From positions 127,520 through 191,519 of the forward strand of contig NIVC01002218.1 in the NCBI GenBank assembly GCA_002269645.1: 64,000 nt of DNA, given 5' to 3'. Positions 25,801 through 58,939 of the stretch are shown piece after piece. This DNA is from Macrostomum lignano (lineage: Eukaryota). Each line of letters begins with the position of its first letter. Positions within the stretch are counted from its first letter, which is position 1. The notes beneath the pieces were generated by a model. The model saw nothing but the letters and a program-made list of their open reading frames with translations. It was not told where the DNA came from and ran no database searches. Made by a program: the position numbers and the translations under genes.

Positions 25801-28744
25801 ATGAGTGCCTGTGGCGCTAAAATGAGTGCCTGCGGTGCTAAAATGAGTGCCTGTGGTGCTAAAATGAGTGCCTGTGGTGCTAAAATGAGTGCCTGTGGCG
25901 CTAAAATGAGTGCCTGTGGCGCTAAAATGAGTGCCTGCGGTGCTAAAATTATTGCCTGCGGTGCTAAAATGAGTGCCTGTGGCGCTAAAATGAGTGCCTG
26001 TGGCGCTATAATGAGTGCCTGTGGCGCTAAAATAGTGCCTGCGGTGCTAAAATGAGTGCCTGCGGTGCTAAAATGAGTGCCTGTGGCGCTAAAATGAGTG
26101 CCTGTGGCGCTAAAATGAGTGCCTGCGGTGCTAAAATGAGTGCCTGTGGCGCTAAAATGAGTGCCTGCGGCGCTAAAATGAGTGCCTGTGGTGCTAAAAT
26201 GAGTGCCTGCGGTGCTAAAATGAGTGCCTGCGGTGCTAAAATGAGTGCCTGTGGTGCTAAAATGAGTGCCTGTGGCGCTAAAATGAGTGCCTGTGGCGCT
26301 AAAATGAGTGCCTGTGGCGCTAAAATGAGTGCCTGTGGTGCTAAAATGAGTGCCTGTGGCGCTAAAATATAGTGCCTGTGGCGCTAAAATGAGTGCCTGC
26401 GGCGCTAAAATGAGTGCCTGCGGTGCTAAAATGAGTGCCTGCGGCGCTAAAATGAGTGCCTGCGGTGCTAAAATGAGTGCCTGTGGTGCTAAAATGAGTG
26501 CCTGTGGCGCTAAAATGAGTGCCTGCGGTGCTAAAATGAGTGCCTGTGGCGCTAAAATGAGTGCCTGTGGCGCTAAAATGAGTGCCTGTGGCGCTAAAAT
26601 GAGTGCCTGTGGCGCTAAAATGAATGCCTGTGGCGCTAAAATGAGTGCCTGTGGCTCTAAAATAAGTGTCTGCGGCGCTAAAATGAGTGCCTGTGGTGCT
26701 AAAATGAGTGCCTGTGGCGCTAAAATGAGTGCCTGCGGCGCTAAAATGAGTGCCTGTGGCGCTAAAATGAGTGCCTGTGGCGCTAAAATGAGTGCCTGTG
26801 GTGCTAAAATGAGTGCCTGTGGCGCTAAAATGAGTGCCTGTGGCGCTAAAATAGTGCCTGCGGTGCTAAAATGAGTGCCTGTGGTGCTAAAATGAGTGCC
26901 TGTGGCGCTAAAATGAGTGCCTGTGGCGCTAAAATGAGTGCCTGTGGCGCTAAAATGAGTGCCTGTGGTGCTAAAATGAGTGCCTGTGGCGCTAAAATAT
27001 AGTGCCTGTGGCGCTAAAATGAGTGCCTGCGGTGCTAAAATGAGTGCCTGCGGTGCTAAAATAGTGCCTGCGGTGCTAAAATAGTGCCTGCGGTGCTAAA
27101 ATGAGTGCCTGTGACGCTAAAATGAGTGCCTGTGGTGCTAAAATGAGTGCCTGTGGCGCTAAAATGAGTGCCTGCGGTGCTAAAACGAGTGCCTGTGGCG
27201 CTAAAATGAGTGCCTGTGGCGCTAAAATGAGTGCCTGTGGCGCTAAAATGAGTGCCTGCGGCGCTAAAATGAGTGCCTGTGGCGCTAAAATGAGTGCCTG
27301 CGGTGCTAAAATGAGTGCCTGCGGTGCTAAAATGAGTGCCTGCGGTGCTAAAATGAGTGCCTGCGGCGCTAAAATGAGTGCCTGTGGCGCTAAAATGAGT
27401 GCCTGCGGCGCTAAAATGAGTGCCTGTGGCGCTAAAATGAGTGCCTGCGGTGCTAAAATGAGTGCCTGCGGTGCTAAAATGAGTGCCTGCGGTGCTAAAA
27501 TGAGTGCCTGCGGCGCTAAAATGAGTGCCTGCGGTGCTAAAATGAGTGCCTGCGGTGCTAAAATGAGTGCCTGCGGTGCTAAAATGAGTGCCTGCGGTGC
27601 TAAAATGAGTGCCTGCGGTGCTAAAATGAGTGCCTGCGGTGCTAAAATGAGTGCCTGCGGCGCTAAAATGAGTGCCTGTGGCGCTAAAATGAGTGCCTGC
27701 GGTGCTAAAATGAATGCCTGTGGTGCTAAAATAAGTGTCTGCGTCCTGCGGCGCTAAAATAAGCGCTAACAGCCCGATTCTAAAATAATGAAAATGTAGG
27801 AATTTAGTCATGTACATGTACATGTTGAAGCCTTGGTTTTGTCCCCCCCCCCACCATAAAATCCATGGCGACGACCCTATCAACTGGGGTATTTTGTGTC
27901 AAAGTTGATTTTTCAAATTGTTAATTTGTTGAATTGACCGCCGCTTGACAACACTTAATTTTCAGACAACGGTCTGGTCATGTTCCTGTGGATAGGACCG
28001 AGCGTTGATCCGCACTGGATTAACCAGGTGTTCCGCGTTAATTCGCTTGAAGAAATTCAAAAGGATATGGTGAGCTTCAACGGCTTGATTAGGCGCCCTA
28101 TTTTTGCTGCTGATTAAGCTGTAGCAGTAGTGTAAATAGTACACGCGAATTATTCTTTTTAGACTGAACTGCCCGAGTTGGACACGCCGCTGTCTATGCA
28201 GATTCGCGGCGTTATCGATCTAATCAGGCGGAAACGACGGCGTCATATGAGGGTAAATCACTTACTTATTGCCTTTCTGCACCTGCTTTTCTCCTTTTTA
28301 GCCACATAATAAATACTGTAATAACTAGATAGGCCAAGCAAATATGCGTGTAAGCTACTTTCAGTTCAGTAGTAAGTTGAGAAAATGCATTTAAATGTAT
28401 CCTTTTTTATATCTTTGAACCCCTACCGCGTCTTCCCAAACAAAAATGTACATTCTATATGTTAGTCATCACTCCAACTGTCCTTCTTTGCCTAAAATAG
28501 CTTACTCATTCTTCCTTACTACTGAGAGTAGAGATACAGCTATATATTATATAGTATGCGACTCTAACTAATCATGACTTTAACGTGTCGAATTCTGCAG
28601 CTCTTCGTAGTCCGCGCTAGGGACAAAATGGAGCCCTGGTTCCTCAACTTCCTGGTAGAAGACCGCGGCGTCAGCAACGGCTCGTCCTCCTACGTTGACT
28701 TCCTGCTGCACATTCACAAGGAGATTCGCAGCCTACTCAGCTAA
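10849..28744 (+). CDS. SEC24C: Protein transport protein Sec24C/D-like (COPII cargo adaptor), 12 exons, 1104 aa
   Basis: Exons 10849-10877 (less certain), 17089-17286, 18318-18407, 18877-19374, 19696-19876, 20213-20809, 21874-22473, 23243-23819, 24710-24916, 27966-28069, 28163-28252, 28601-28744. All are GT-AG and phase-consistent (3315 nt). Pro/Gln-rich N-terminus; zinc finger GPVRCIRCKAYMSP...RFQCALC; vWA trunk LRVGFATYD; beta-sandwich/helical RRLRIHNL, LILPELMKLLPLY; gelsolin repeat; C-terminus SYVDFLLHIHKEIRSLLS. Confidence 0.95.
11322..12434. repeat. Diverged ~110-bp inverted repeat pair (11322-11435 / 12325-12434), probable old MITE
   Basis: ccccatggtagc...ttcagcttatccc matches the reverse complement of gggataagctgaa...gctaccatgggg. 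Confidence 0.6.
13033..13738. repeat. Degenerate inverted repeat pair built from tgctttttggtgcc units, possible old MITE
   Basis: Left units (gctttttggtacc, gcttttcggtgcc) are reverse complements of right units (ggcaccaaaaagca). Confidence 0.45.
17370..18200. repeat. Two abutting minisatellites in Sec24 intron 2: ~21-22 bp (aaatctagaggtctctatcc) then 22 bp (ttccaaatcccagtgttctcta)
   Basis: Direct tandem repeats. Confidence 0.92.
20862..21855. repeat. 21-bp minisatellite (aatcatcatgtccatctccgg) plus 20-bp repeat x4 in Sec24 intron 6
   Basis: Direct tandem repeats; source of the PESSCPS/DDSGDGH ORFs. Confidence 0.95.
22790..23185. repeat. 25-bp minisatellite (ggctatttacatgtgcagtcaggga) in Sec24 intron 7
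   Basis: Period 25 seen directly. Confidence 0.95.
23830..24282. repeat. 37-bp minisatellite with 20-bp truncated variants in Sec24 intron 8, starting ~10 nt after the donor
   Basis: gaccggcttgctgctatccagccacctctgagtcctt units. Confidence 0.92.
24969..27878. mobile_element. Small TIR element (Harbinger/PIF-like MITE) containing a 2.7-kb 21-bp minisatellite (25070-27760)
   Basis: 13-bp TIR aggcgcgtcgcca / tggcgacgaccct (11/13 match) with inner G-run and C-run. It encloses ~125 copies of ctaaaatgagtgcctgtggcg. Confidence 0.6.
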
Positions 28745-28959
28745 TTTATTAGCCAGTTTATTATAAACTAGTGTCAAAGACTTGCTGGCTCTTGGAGTTT
28801 TTGGACTTTCTGAGACTTGACCAATTAATATAGCTTAGATATTGATTCAATTACTATTAATTAATATTTGTGTCCCAGCAATCGCACCTTCTACTACTAG
28901 GCCTAGTCTAGAATTGTCCCGTTAAAAACGTTTCCGTGAAAAGATTCGCTAAGGACTCA

Positions 28960-29400
28960 AACTCAAACGACTGTAATGCCACTGTTGAGTCACGAGTGCA
29001 TCACATGAGTTGCATAATAGTAAGAGTCTTGAAAAAGTCGTCAAAGGGTCGTTGTGTTAACACTTAACTTTCTACTTAAGCAGACTAAAGAGTTGTTATA
29101 AATGCGAAATGCGATTCTAATTCATAAATTGACGCAGATGCGCTTTAGACGCAACTCAGTGATTCTGCAGCAACTTTAGCACGCCTCAGATAGGACTCTA
29201 CGGCCCCAGAGTCATTATAGAAGTGCCTCAGCTGTTTCAGAGTCGCAGACTCTTTGACGACTTGTACCGAGACATCTCATCGTTTTAGAGTCGTCTAGTC
29301 TAAGAAGAGTCTTTCCTATTTTACCTGTAACGACTTTTAACACGACTCTGGGGGCGACGCTTCTTTGCCTAGGTACCGTTTTCATCGGGTGTGCCCAGAT
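28960..29400. repeat. Dispersed repeat; diverged inverted copy at ~61240-61560
   Basis: Shared blocks, e.g. tgacgcagatgcgctttagacgcaactcagtgattct vs agaatcactgattgcgtctaaagtgcatctgcgtca, and tcagataggactctacgg vs ccgtagagtcctatctga. Confidence 0.7.
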
Positions 29401-30639
29401 CAATTAATATGTTGAGAGAGAGTTCCAAAACCATTGCTAGAGCATCAGTTATAGACTAGGCCTGTTTAGGTTTCCCCTACTGTTGAAAATGTCCCCAATT
29501 TTATTTCTGCATGTCAGCCCGAGTGTGCGAGCGAATTTAATAGTTTAATGTTATTGAACTTGTGTCTGTCTGCTTTTTCGTGTGCGCCCAGACACTTACT
29601 ATAGGTATTTGTAGCCTACCAACTCTCTCCCATATCGGTGTCTGGTCAGAGTACAACACAATACGCATGCTTTATTCTATAATTGTTTTTTCCTGTTTAC
29701 CTGCCTCCTTCCACCCTTCCGTATCCGATTGATTTTTGGTTGATAATTTGATCCGCTATCGTTGTTGCTTTTCTGTTAGATTTTCATTAAGGGGATTCAA
29801 AAGGCCTTGCCAAGTTGAGCATGCAAATTCGAACTAAAGCCTGCTTATAATAGTTCCAGATTGTCTTGAAATGCCAGCGTGTGGCTTCTTGAGCTTCTAT
29901 ATGCGCTCAGTTTATTTAGCTTTTTCATTATTTTTCTGCGGTTATCTTCAGCCTGTCCGCATCTGTTGCTGTTTAATCCGAGAATGCTATTCTGATTCTG
30001 TTCTGTCGTTATTTATTTAATTGTTAGCACTAGGGCTCCGTTATCCATCATCTTTGTCCAGCCTCCTCATTTTTTTGTTTAACCGCGGATATTGGTTTTC
30101 TTGTGCTCTCCCGCTTTTTTGGGTAATCTTTGTTCATTTGACTGTGTTAAATTTACCCTGGTCTCTGTGCTTGCTCGCAATAGAGAACTGTGCTCGCTAA
30201 TATTTTAATTTACAGTTCTCAGTCCCCGTCCCCCCAATCCATGGGACACAGTAGTTACTCCCCTGCTATTTAATGATTGTGTTTAATTGCTCGTCTGCCG
30301 TTCAACCAAGAGCTAGATTCTCTATCTGTGACAGTACCTTTGGTTATTGAAAAAGAACTACATTATATGAAGCACTTTTAAACGCCGCGTACAATTCATT
30401 ATACAATTATTATTATTACTATAGAGAGAGTTTACGAACGTCTTTGTTTTCTCGCTTTTCTCTCTCTGTGTTGCAGTTTTGTTGTGGGCCGGTCGTTGAA
30501 TTATCCGAAATATAAATGCACTAGAAATCGCTGCTAGCACGGGAACTCCTTGCTGCTGGCCAAATAAAGTAGAGGTTCAACTCTTCAAATGTGGTTTTTG
30601 TTCATTAGTTTCTTATCACTTTAACCCATACCATTTTAG

Positions 30640-31460
<821 letters not shown>

Positions 31461-31620
31461 ACCCATACTGAGTAGGACTGTGGCCTGCATGGTGCAGCAG
31501 TGATCGGTTGTCGCTCAAATAACCATCACGAGCGTATCGGGTGTCCCAAAAATTTTGAACCATTTTAGCTGACTCCTGTTATGCTCTGATCTTCACCTAC
31601 GCTGCATAACCGATAGAAAA

Positions 31621-32292
31621 TACGAGGGGTTTCCGAAAAGTTCTGACACTTAATCCCAGTAGCAAAAACAGTAGCAGCTGCAAGCACAACATTAGTGTCA
31701 GTTTAAAGCGGCACATTTCTTTCCAATGAATTCAGCCGCGTATATTTTTGTCATTTCATTTAAAAGTTGTGTCAACTCTAATGTACAGTACATCCCTCTC
31801 TTACCGTCCACTCCTTTGTTGAGTATATACTCCGTCACTTCTAAACAAATCGCACTGTTTTGCACCTTGCGAAATTTTGCTTAGTGTTTTGATTTTTGTG
31901 ATTATTGACACCATCATGAGTGTGCAATCGAAAGAAGGCCAAAGGCACGGAATTCTCAAGCCATGGGAAAAGTTTGTAGCTACAGGTTGAAACTATGTTG
32001 AGAAGGCTGCCTTGAAGGTTGATGATGATGATGAATGACTACAATTGGTTTCTTTGCTGACAAAGTATCGCTTTAAATATTTTTTAACTTTTACTGTAAG
32101 ACTTTCAGGGGCACATTGCGATGGTTTTTCACACATAACGCGCATACAAAAAGCAACATTTGATTGAAATGACCAAAATACACGCGACTGAATTCATTAG
32201 AAAGAAATGACACTAATGTTGTGCTTGCAGCTGCTACTGTTTTTGCTACTGGGATTTTTCCAGAATTCAGAAATTTCCGGACACCCTTCATA
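31621..32292 (+). mobile_element. Internally deleted Tc1/mariner element (MITE) with TA TSD
   Basis: TA|cgaggggtttccgaaaagttctga ... tcagaaatttccggacacccttca|TA; ~90-bp TIRs. Possible transposase start remnant MSVQSKEGQRHGIL at ~31917. Confidence 0.8.
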
Positions 32293-33384
32293 TTAAAACT
32301 ACTTTAAAAGAGACAAGAAGTCCTAAACTATACCAAACGCTCTCCCCCTATGTGTATACATATATATGTACAAGTAGAGTGCAGTTAAGATTCCATCATC
32401 CAATCAATGTCAATTAATTACTAAGGTTGGTGCCGGACTGTCTCAAAATTCGCCTTTCAAATTATTACATTACAGGAAGTTATAGTTGCGTGCACTATCC
32501 CTGACAAAATATGTGGAACCAATTGCAAAAATTGGGCGGCAGTGTAGGGGGGGGGGTTACAGGGCCCGTAAAAGTCTTGGTAGTAAAAATACATAAAAAC
32601 TCAAGTTAATTAGCCAGTCCGCACATTGGCGTGTAAGCTACTTTCAGTTCAGTAGTAAGTTGCGAGGTCGTAACTAGCAAGTACCCAACAAACTTACCCT
32701 AGAGTAAGTCCATTTATAGTGAGTCAATTGTTGGCAACTACAAGCCAATGTCAAATAAAAAAGTCGAGCTTTTTTAAGAAACCGAATTAGCACTTAGCAT
32801 TGTAGAAAAGAACTGATACACAAATTGTATTATTAGAATAGGCTGACACTAACGCACGCACTATTTACAATACAACACAGTGCAATATCGGTGCGGTGTG
32901 TGAATTTCTAATTGGTCAGGTTTACACAATAATAACTGATTAACGCGATTCTTGGAATACAAAATTGAAACCCGCGGCTACATGTAGTGTAGCTAACAAA
33001 AGCTGAACAACACATGAGGAATGAAGTAGAAGCAGAAACGTGTGTAGCTTTGCAACACAAGAAAGCATACATCACTATTCCTGCTTCGTTTGGTCTTTGT
33101 TTATTCTTCTTTCTACTGCAATAGCCAAAATGAATGCATTGTAATGCTGCAAAGCGTAAAAAAGTACATGAAATAGCCAAGCAAAGCAGAATAAATTCAT
33201 TTTAAACATTTTCTATTAAAAATCTAATCCGAAACCGACTTCATAGAAAACCACAGATACTACTTGTATATAGATGTGCAAATTAAGTTGTCTAAAAGTA
33301 GAGCGTCTAATCTTTTTCAGTAGTTTATCTGCGCAGTATGACTTAAATTTCATGTGGCTATCTTTTAAGTGACTATCTAGATAT

Positions 33385-33745
33385 AGCTCAGCCAATGAGA
33401 AAGCAGTAAGGAGAGAAGTCAAAGTTAGACGGACGAAACTCAACCAAGGGGGCAGACCCAATCTAGCTTAGCCAATAAGAGAGCAGTAAGGAGAGAAGTC
33501 AAAGTTAGACGGACGAAACTCAACCAAGGGGGCAGATCCAATCTAGCTTAGCCAATGAGAGAGCAGTAAGGAGAGAAGTCAAAGTTAGACGGACGAAACT
33601 CAACCAAGGGGGCAGACCCAATCTAGCTTAGCCAATAAGAGAGCAGTAAGGAGAGAAGTCAAAGTTAGACGGACGAAACTCAACCAAGGGGCAGATCCAA
33701 TCTAGCTTAGCCAATGAGAGAGCAGTAAGGAGAGAAGTCAAGTCA
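33385..33745. repeat. 80-bp tandem repeat, ~4.5 copies, downstream of the PKA-RI stop
   Basis: gccaat(g/a)aga recurs every 80 bp. Confidence 0.9.
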
Positions 33746-34262
33746 GACACAAGCGGGCAAGAGGAAAACCTAAGAGGATCCTCGACTGTCGGTCTTAAGT
33801 TAATTTAAAATAATAATAATTTCGATTCTGGGGTAGAAGCAGGATCAAGATGTTAATTTAATGGGTTGCTTGTAGAAAGCGAGAGGCGATTGTTGCAGCT
33901 TTTAAAACTTTCAATATAGGCAAAACGCTAATTTGCTACTGAAAAGTAGATTAGTGCATTTTTGCGAGTGGCATATCTAGTTATTGTACTCTTAGTATCT
34001 GTGATGAAAAAAACTTAAGAAGAGTTATAAATAGCTCAAGACTGGCCCTGCCCTGCAGTTTCGCAGCTATAATAAATAATCTACTAAAAACAACTACTTT
34101 ATATACCTGGGTTGCTGTGGCTACTTTAAAAAAGACGTTTCAGTTTTCAGTTTTGGTTGAAGCTCTCAAACTGTCGGGAGTAATTATATACTAGAGTGGG
34201 AGAGGGCTCAAAATCCGCTGATTAGACCAATCAATGATTGGCAGTCAGAAACTGTCAGGCGC

Positions 34263-53704
<19,442 letters not shown>

Positions 53705-54649
53705 TATAATTGAAAAAAGAAACTTAAAAAGATGCAAAACCAGAATTATAAACAGAAATAATTGATTCACGATTACTTATTAAAATGTAGAACACAATAA
53801 ATTCACAAAAATAGCAATACACTACCTATCATGTTGATCAAAAATGATGATGATAATACTAAATTGTACGCTTTAAGTGATTTTAAAATTTCACAATAAA
53901 TAAATATGCAAATCATATGCAGGCAAATGCTTTTTCTTAAAATTCTATGTACTACTAAAAATATAATTTAAGCTTTAGCATAGAAATTACCAGTTCTTTT
54001 ACTTTTTATACTTTGTTCTATTGCTCTAATAGCTATCGTTTTTAAAGGTTCAACTTCGTGGAATTTTCTCAAACTATCATGTAGATGTATAATGATACTC
54101 AGTCGGGCAGATTGTAAGTGTTAAATGCTTATCTTGATAGTTATCACTTAAAAATCCTTTCTATTTAAATGGCAATAGCAACAATGTGATATATTGGGAT
54201 AGGGTTATTTCTTCTATCCTAAAACTGTCACTAAGAGAAGACCTATCAAAAGTATAAGTATAAATCTAAACAATTTTTTTCTTTTTGAAAACTAATTAAT
54301 TTACTATATTATAATAATCCTAGGCCTAGTGAAGTCCACCGATGTTGTGATAGAGCTGAATTTATTTTTATCTTGGCCCTTGCCACAAAAGTTTTGCTAC
54401 TTTATTATAAAATTCATGGTATATCCCTTATATATTTTATATAAACCCATATTATAAATATTGATTATTACAACATTTAAACAAAATGTACTCATTGAAA
54501 AGTCTAAAGCAATTTATTACTTTGCATTTGTGTAATACATTGCTCTTAAAAATTAGGATTCTTGGCTGTTTTATCCTTAAACAATTGTGGCCATGGACAA
54601 TTTGCCCTTATTGTTAGCTTTAGCAAACTGTTGGCCTCTGCCTTTCTTT

Positions 54650-55345
54650 CTTGGGTTCTTTAAAATTTCTTTCTTTCCTTTCTTTTTTATTTTATTTATC
54701 ATCTTGCCTTTTATTTCCTCTCTCCTCTACTTTTTCTCTTTCCCTCTTTTCTCTTTTCTCTGCTTTCTCTATTGCTCTTTTATCTTTCTCACCCTTTCTA
54801 CTCTCTCTCTTGTTTCTTCTCTCTCTTCTCTGCTCTCACATCTCTCTTTTCCTCTCTTCTCCCTTGTCTCTTATTTCTTCTCTGCTCTCATACCTCTCAT
54901 TTCCCCTCTCTCCTATCTTCTTTCTCCTTTTTGCTTTCACACATATTCTCTCTTCTTTCTCTTCTCTCTATTCTCCTATCTCTCTTCTCTATTCCCTCAT
55001 CTTTTCTCTCCTCTTGTCTTTCTTCTGTTGTCATTGCTTTATTATCTGTTCACTCATCTCTCTATTATGTACTTTTCTCTTTTCCCTCTTCTGACTCCTC
55101 TTTGTCCTTACTTCTCTCTTCTCTTCCTTGTTCTATACTCTCTCCTCTCATCTTTATTGTCTTCTCTGTCAACTCTCTTCTCCCCTCCATCTCTGATTTC
55201 TTTCATCTCTTTCATCTCTACAATCTTATCTTTTCTCTCTCCTCCCCTTTCATTTACTTTCTCGTCTCTCCTTTCTCCTCTCTCCTCCTTCTTATCTCTA
55301 TTTCCTCTCTTTCCTCTTTTCTTTCTCCCTTTTTTCTCCTCTCTC
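54650..55345. repeat. CT-rich low-complexity tract
   Basis: Polypyrimidine run; source of the hydrophobic L/F/S ORFs. Confidence 0.9.
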
Positions 55346-58335
55346 CTCGAGAAATTTGAATCAGGATGCTCAAAGTCACTTGGTGTTATCTGTTGAAGGA
55401 GCAGCTGGTATTGGGGTGATAATGGAATGCTTGAAAGACTAGCTGAGGCCTCAGGATGTCCAGCAGCTGAGGCTTGCCCACTGTTGAGGCTTGATCAACA
55501 AAACTAGAGAAATTCGCATCAGGATGTCTATAGTCACCTGGTGCCACTTGTTGAAGGTCCAAAAGCTCAATCTGGATGAAGGCTAGTGACCAACAAAGGC
55601 AGAGCTGATGTAGACATGTGGTCAACATGCTAATGAAATTTGGAGGCTTGGCAAGGCTGCATGCCATGATACATTTTTGATGTGTCATGGCAAGATCAAT
55701 ACAAAAACCTACTTATGTGTTAATGTAAAAATTGAATTAAATAAATGTTGGCTAAGATTGCAATCCTGTTTAACAAGAGTAGATAAGAAATAAAAAGCTA
55801 TTTTTACCAAAGAACCCACCTTGAACCCACATTGCTGTGAGTAAAAATAAAATCCTGATTCTGATAATTTTATCCTGTGTAATCCCACAGCACTTACACA
55901 TGATTAATTTAATACTTGGTAAATAAAACTGTAGGTTCTATGAACTATAAATCGAGATGCTTAGAGTACTACTAATATCGTCCCAATCTTCTTGCCAACT
56001 GGTTACTGACCTATAATAAGTTTGTTTTATCTATACTTAATCACATTATTGAATTGCTTTATACTGTTCATTTTTGTACCAAGGTGAGATCAAATTTCAT
56101 TCTTTAATATCTAGTATTACGCTGGTCTAGTTTACTATGCTCCAAGCTTGCTGTCTAATCTCTTGTCATTAAATTATTCTTTTTTCTTTTATGCTGTGCA
56201 TATATTAAAGTTCGGCGGACCGACTCCCGATTTCGCATAAATTTCTGCCTTTGGGGCGATGCACTTTGCTCAGCGCCGGAGCCGATTCACTTTTTTGTGC
56301 ACTTGCCAATCGCATTCCTGCCGGCGTCGCCTGGAATGAGTCTCGTCCGCCTTCGCCCGAGATAATCCGCTTATCTGGCATTCGAGAAAATTGAGGCAAA
56401 AGAAAATTCTAAGCTCGCTGCTCGTCTGCTTTTATTCTATAGAATTTCCCTACTCATCTCCTTGGTTTGCCAGCTTTAAGCCATCGTATAGGAGGAAGAT
56501 GATGATCGGGCGTGCTGGTGCGGCAGGCTTGGATCTGTGAATCTATCGCTGTCCCAATACGACTTTGGTAGTCCGTCCGATATTATTCCCTCCCTGGAGT
56601 TCCTGTGGTTGGGTTCGATTTCTCCTGAAGAGCTAAGAGCTTGCACGAGGAACTGGGGGCTGGAGAGACGCGTATCGATGGAGAATGGAATCCAGCCACT
56701 TCCCTCCTATCCTTCTCTCTCCTGTTCCTCATTTCTGATTCCCGCGCAAGTTCCACTGGGCGCTGTGGCTAACCCTCTCCGGGGATTAAATGAGCTGGCC
56801 GGATGGAAAGGGATAACAGAAAGGCGTGACTGACCTCAGCTGCCCTCTGTCCTGGCCGACTCCATTTTTCGTCGCCAAAGTTTCATTTTTTCCTTTCCTT
56901 CTTTGTTAATTTTATGCAAAGAACGCTGGACTAACGCTGGAAGGTTGATGGTTGAAGCATTTCAGGTCACACGAAGCCATAAATGTTATTCATGGACCCT
57001 TTTAGGCTGAGTATCTCTAGTTTATTTATGATTCTGAACTGCACTTTTATTATCAAGTACCGTCGACGAGTACCGAGCTGCATGTAGCTAGAAAAGAGAC
57101 ATTAAATACACTACGAGTATTTTGCAACCGATTCTTTGCACTGGATGGTTGTCAAGGTACAGTCTTGCTTCCGGACTTCTCTATCATGTTTGAAAAGCTG
57201 CAGGCCAATGTTTATTGCTTTTTTATCTCCACTAGATGTTGAAATCGTTAGTCTAAAATACCAAACCTTTAAGCAAATTTCTGTTTAAGTTCCCCCATGT
57301 TCTTTCTGGTTTGTACTTTATAAACAGCATTAAAATTAGTAATCTTCTATAATATTAGTGCAGCTATTCTGACGCCAAGTCACAACTGTCTCCTAGAAGC
57401 ATCTGTCTTTAAAACTCCCTCCATCATCGGATTCATCGCATCGATGCTTGCTCCCCTTCGACCAGCGCGTGAGTGACGGCTGCGAAACATTTCTTAGAAA
57501 CTTAGAATATTTTCAAAACTTTAGAATGCTTATTTTGTTATGTTAAATAACCGGACACTTTGGATTTTGAATGTGTTTTAAAATATTTTTCTGCCCGCTA
57601 CTTTGGTTTCTATGAAAGTAAGATGAACTGGCAAGAGTTACTTTCAAGCGCATGTTTCTTGCCAGTGTACTTTGTTTGTAGGCTATCGGCATTGCTGGCG
57701 GTTAGGCCTGTTTTTCGCTTGACGTGATCCGCTATTGTGTTTTTTTAGTCCTACCGAAAATTGATGACCACTTATGGTGACCGTGTGGCCTTCAGAACGT
57801 TGCTTTTTCTTTTCCTTTCCATCCGAGCCAATCAGATGCAGCTCAGCAGTCGACTGGTTCAGTACGAAGCTTAGTATAAAAACTAAGGAAAGGTTCAAGC
57901 GCATAGATAGCTGCTTTGCGGTGACATTTTCTTCTTCTAGAGGATTGGCTGGAGCTAGGAATACATTAAAGTCTGCCGCTGGCCCTTTGCTTGCATTTTG
58001 TGCGAGTTAGACCTATTCTTGGTTGGTTATTTCCGATCAGTTTATTCTACCTATCTGATTCAAGGTGGTCTGCCGTGCTCCGGGTAAGCAGCTGTGAATT
58101 GGTCTATAGAGACATCATTTTGAATTATTAATACTGTTTTTGTCCTGCTATGTGGAACAGTGGGCATGCAAAACGGAGCGGCCTATCGTTCCGGCTTCTA
58201 TTCCGGCTCATCCTTTCATATAGCATGACAAATCGACTTGTCTATGGCCTGCTTTCTCGAGTTAATTCAAACGCTTGGCCATAGAATTCTATAGGCCATT
58301 CCGTTTCCGTCCACTGTTCTACATACGAGCTAGCA

Positions 58336-58931
58336 CATGGGTCGGCAAACTCCGGTCCGCGGGCCATACGCGGCCCTCAAAGCCTCTATCCGGCCCTCAG
58401 GTCCTTTGAGGCTTCACAGTGGCAATCCGGCCCGCTCAAGGTTTGTGTCTCTGCTCAGCTCTGTCTCTTCTCTCTTCTTTACCCTCTCCCCCCTCTCCCC
58501 TCTCCCTCTCTTCTTCTCTCCCTCTCCCTTCTCTTCTTTCCCCTCTCCCTTCTCTTCTTTCCCCTCTCCCTTCTCTTCTTTCCCCTCTCCCTTCTCTTCT
58601 TTCCCCTCTCCCTTCTCTTCTTTCCCCTCTCCCTTCTCTTCTTTCCCATCTCCCTTCTCTTCTTTCCCCTCTCCCTTCTCTTCTTTCCCATCTCCCGTCT
58701 TTTCTTCTCTCCTCTCTTCTCCACTACCCTCTCTCTCTATCTCTTCCTCTTCCCTCTCTCCCCTCTTCTCTCCTCTTTTACGACGTATCTTTTCTCTCAT
58801 CTCATTCCCCGCCTCTCCTCTCCTATCATCTTTCGTCTTCCATTCCCTTTTCTTTCCACTCTCATCTGGCCCGCAGACAAGAGCTGCATTCCCTATCTGG
58901 CCCTTGAGGTAAAAAAGTTTGCCGACCCCTG
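58336..58931. mobile_element. hAT (Charlie-like) MITE with intact 8-bp TSD agctagca
   Basis: agctagca|catgggtcggcaaac ... gtttgccgacccctg|agctagca; internal CT tract. Confidence 0.85.
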
Positions 58932-58939
58932 AGCTAGCA

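Noticed and set aside
20902-27883. Repetitive ORFs (DDSGDGH, PEMDMMI, MSACGAK, GTHFSTA)
   Set aside because: Units are multiples of 3 in intronic minisatellites and open in several frames; the Sec24 exons splice around them.
54587-55396. 269-aa hydrophobic membrane-like ORF
   Set aside because: Product of a CT-rich low-complexity tract.
55386-55688. Possible decayed retroelement coding fragment
   Set aside because: Multiple stops and no motif I can identify with confidence.
58337-58912. Pro/Ser/Phe- and Glu/Lys/Gly-rich ORFs
   Set aside because: Simple repeats inside a hAT MITE.
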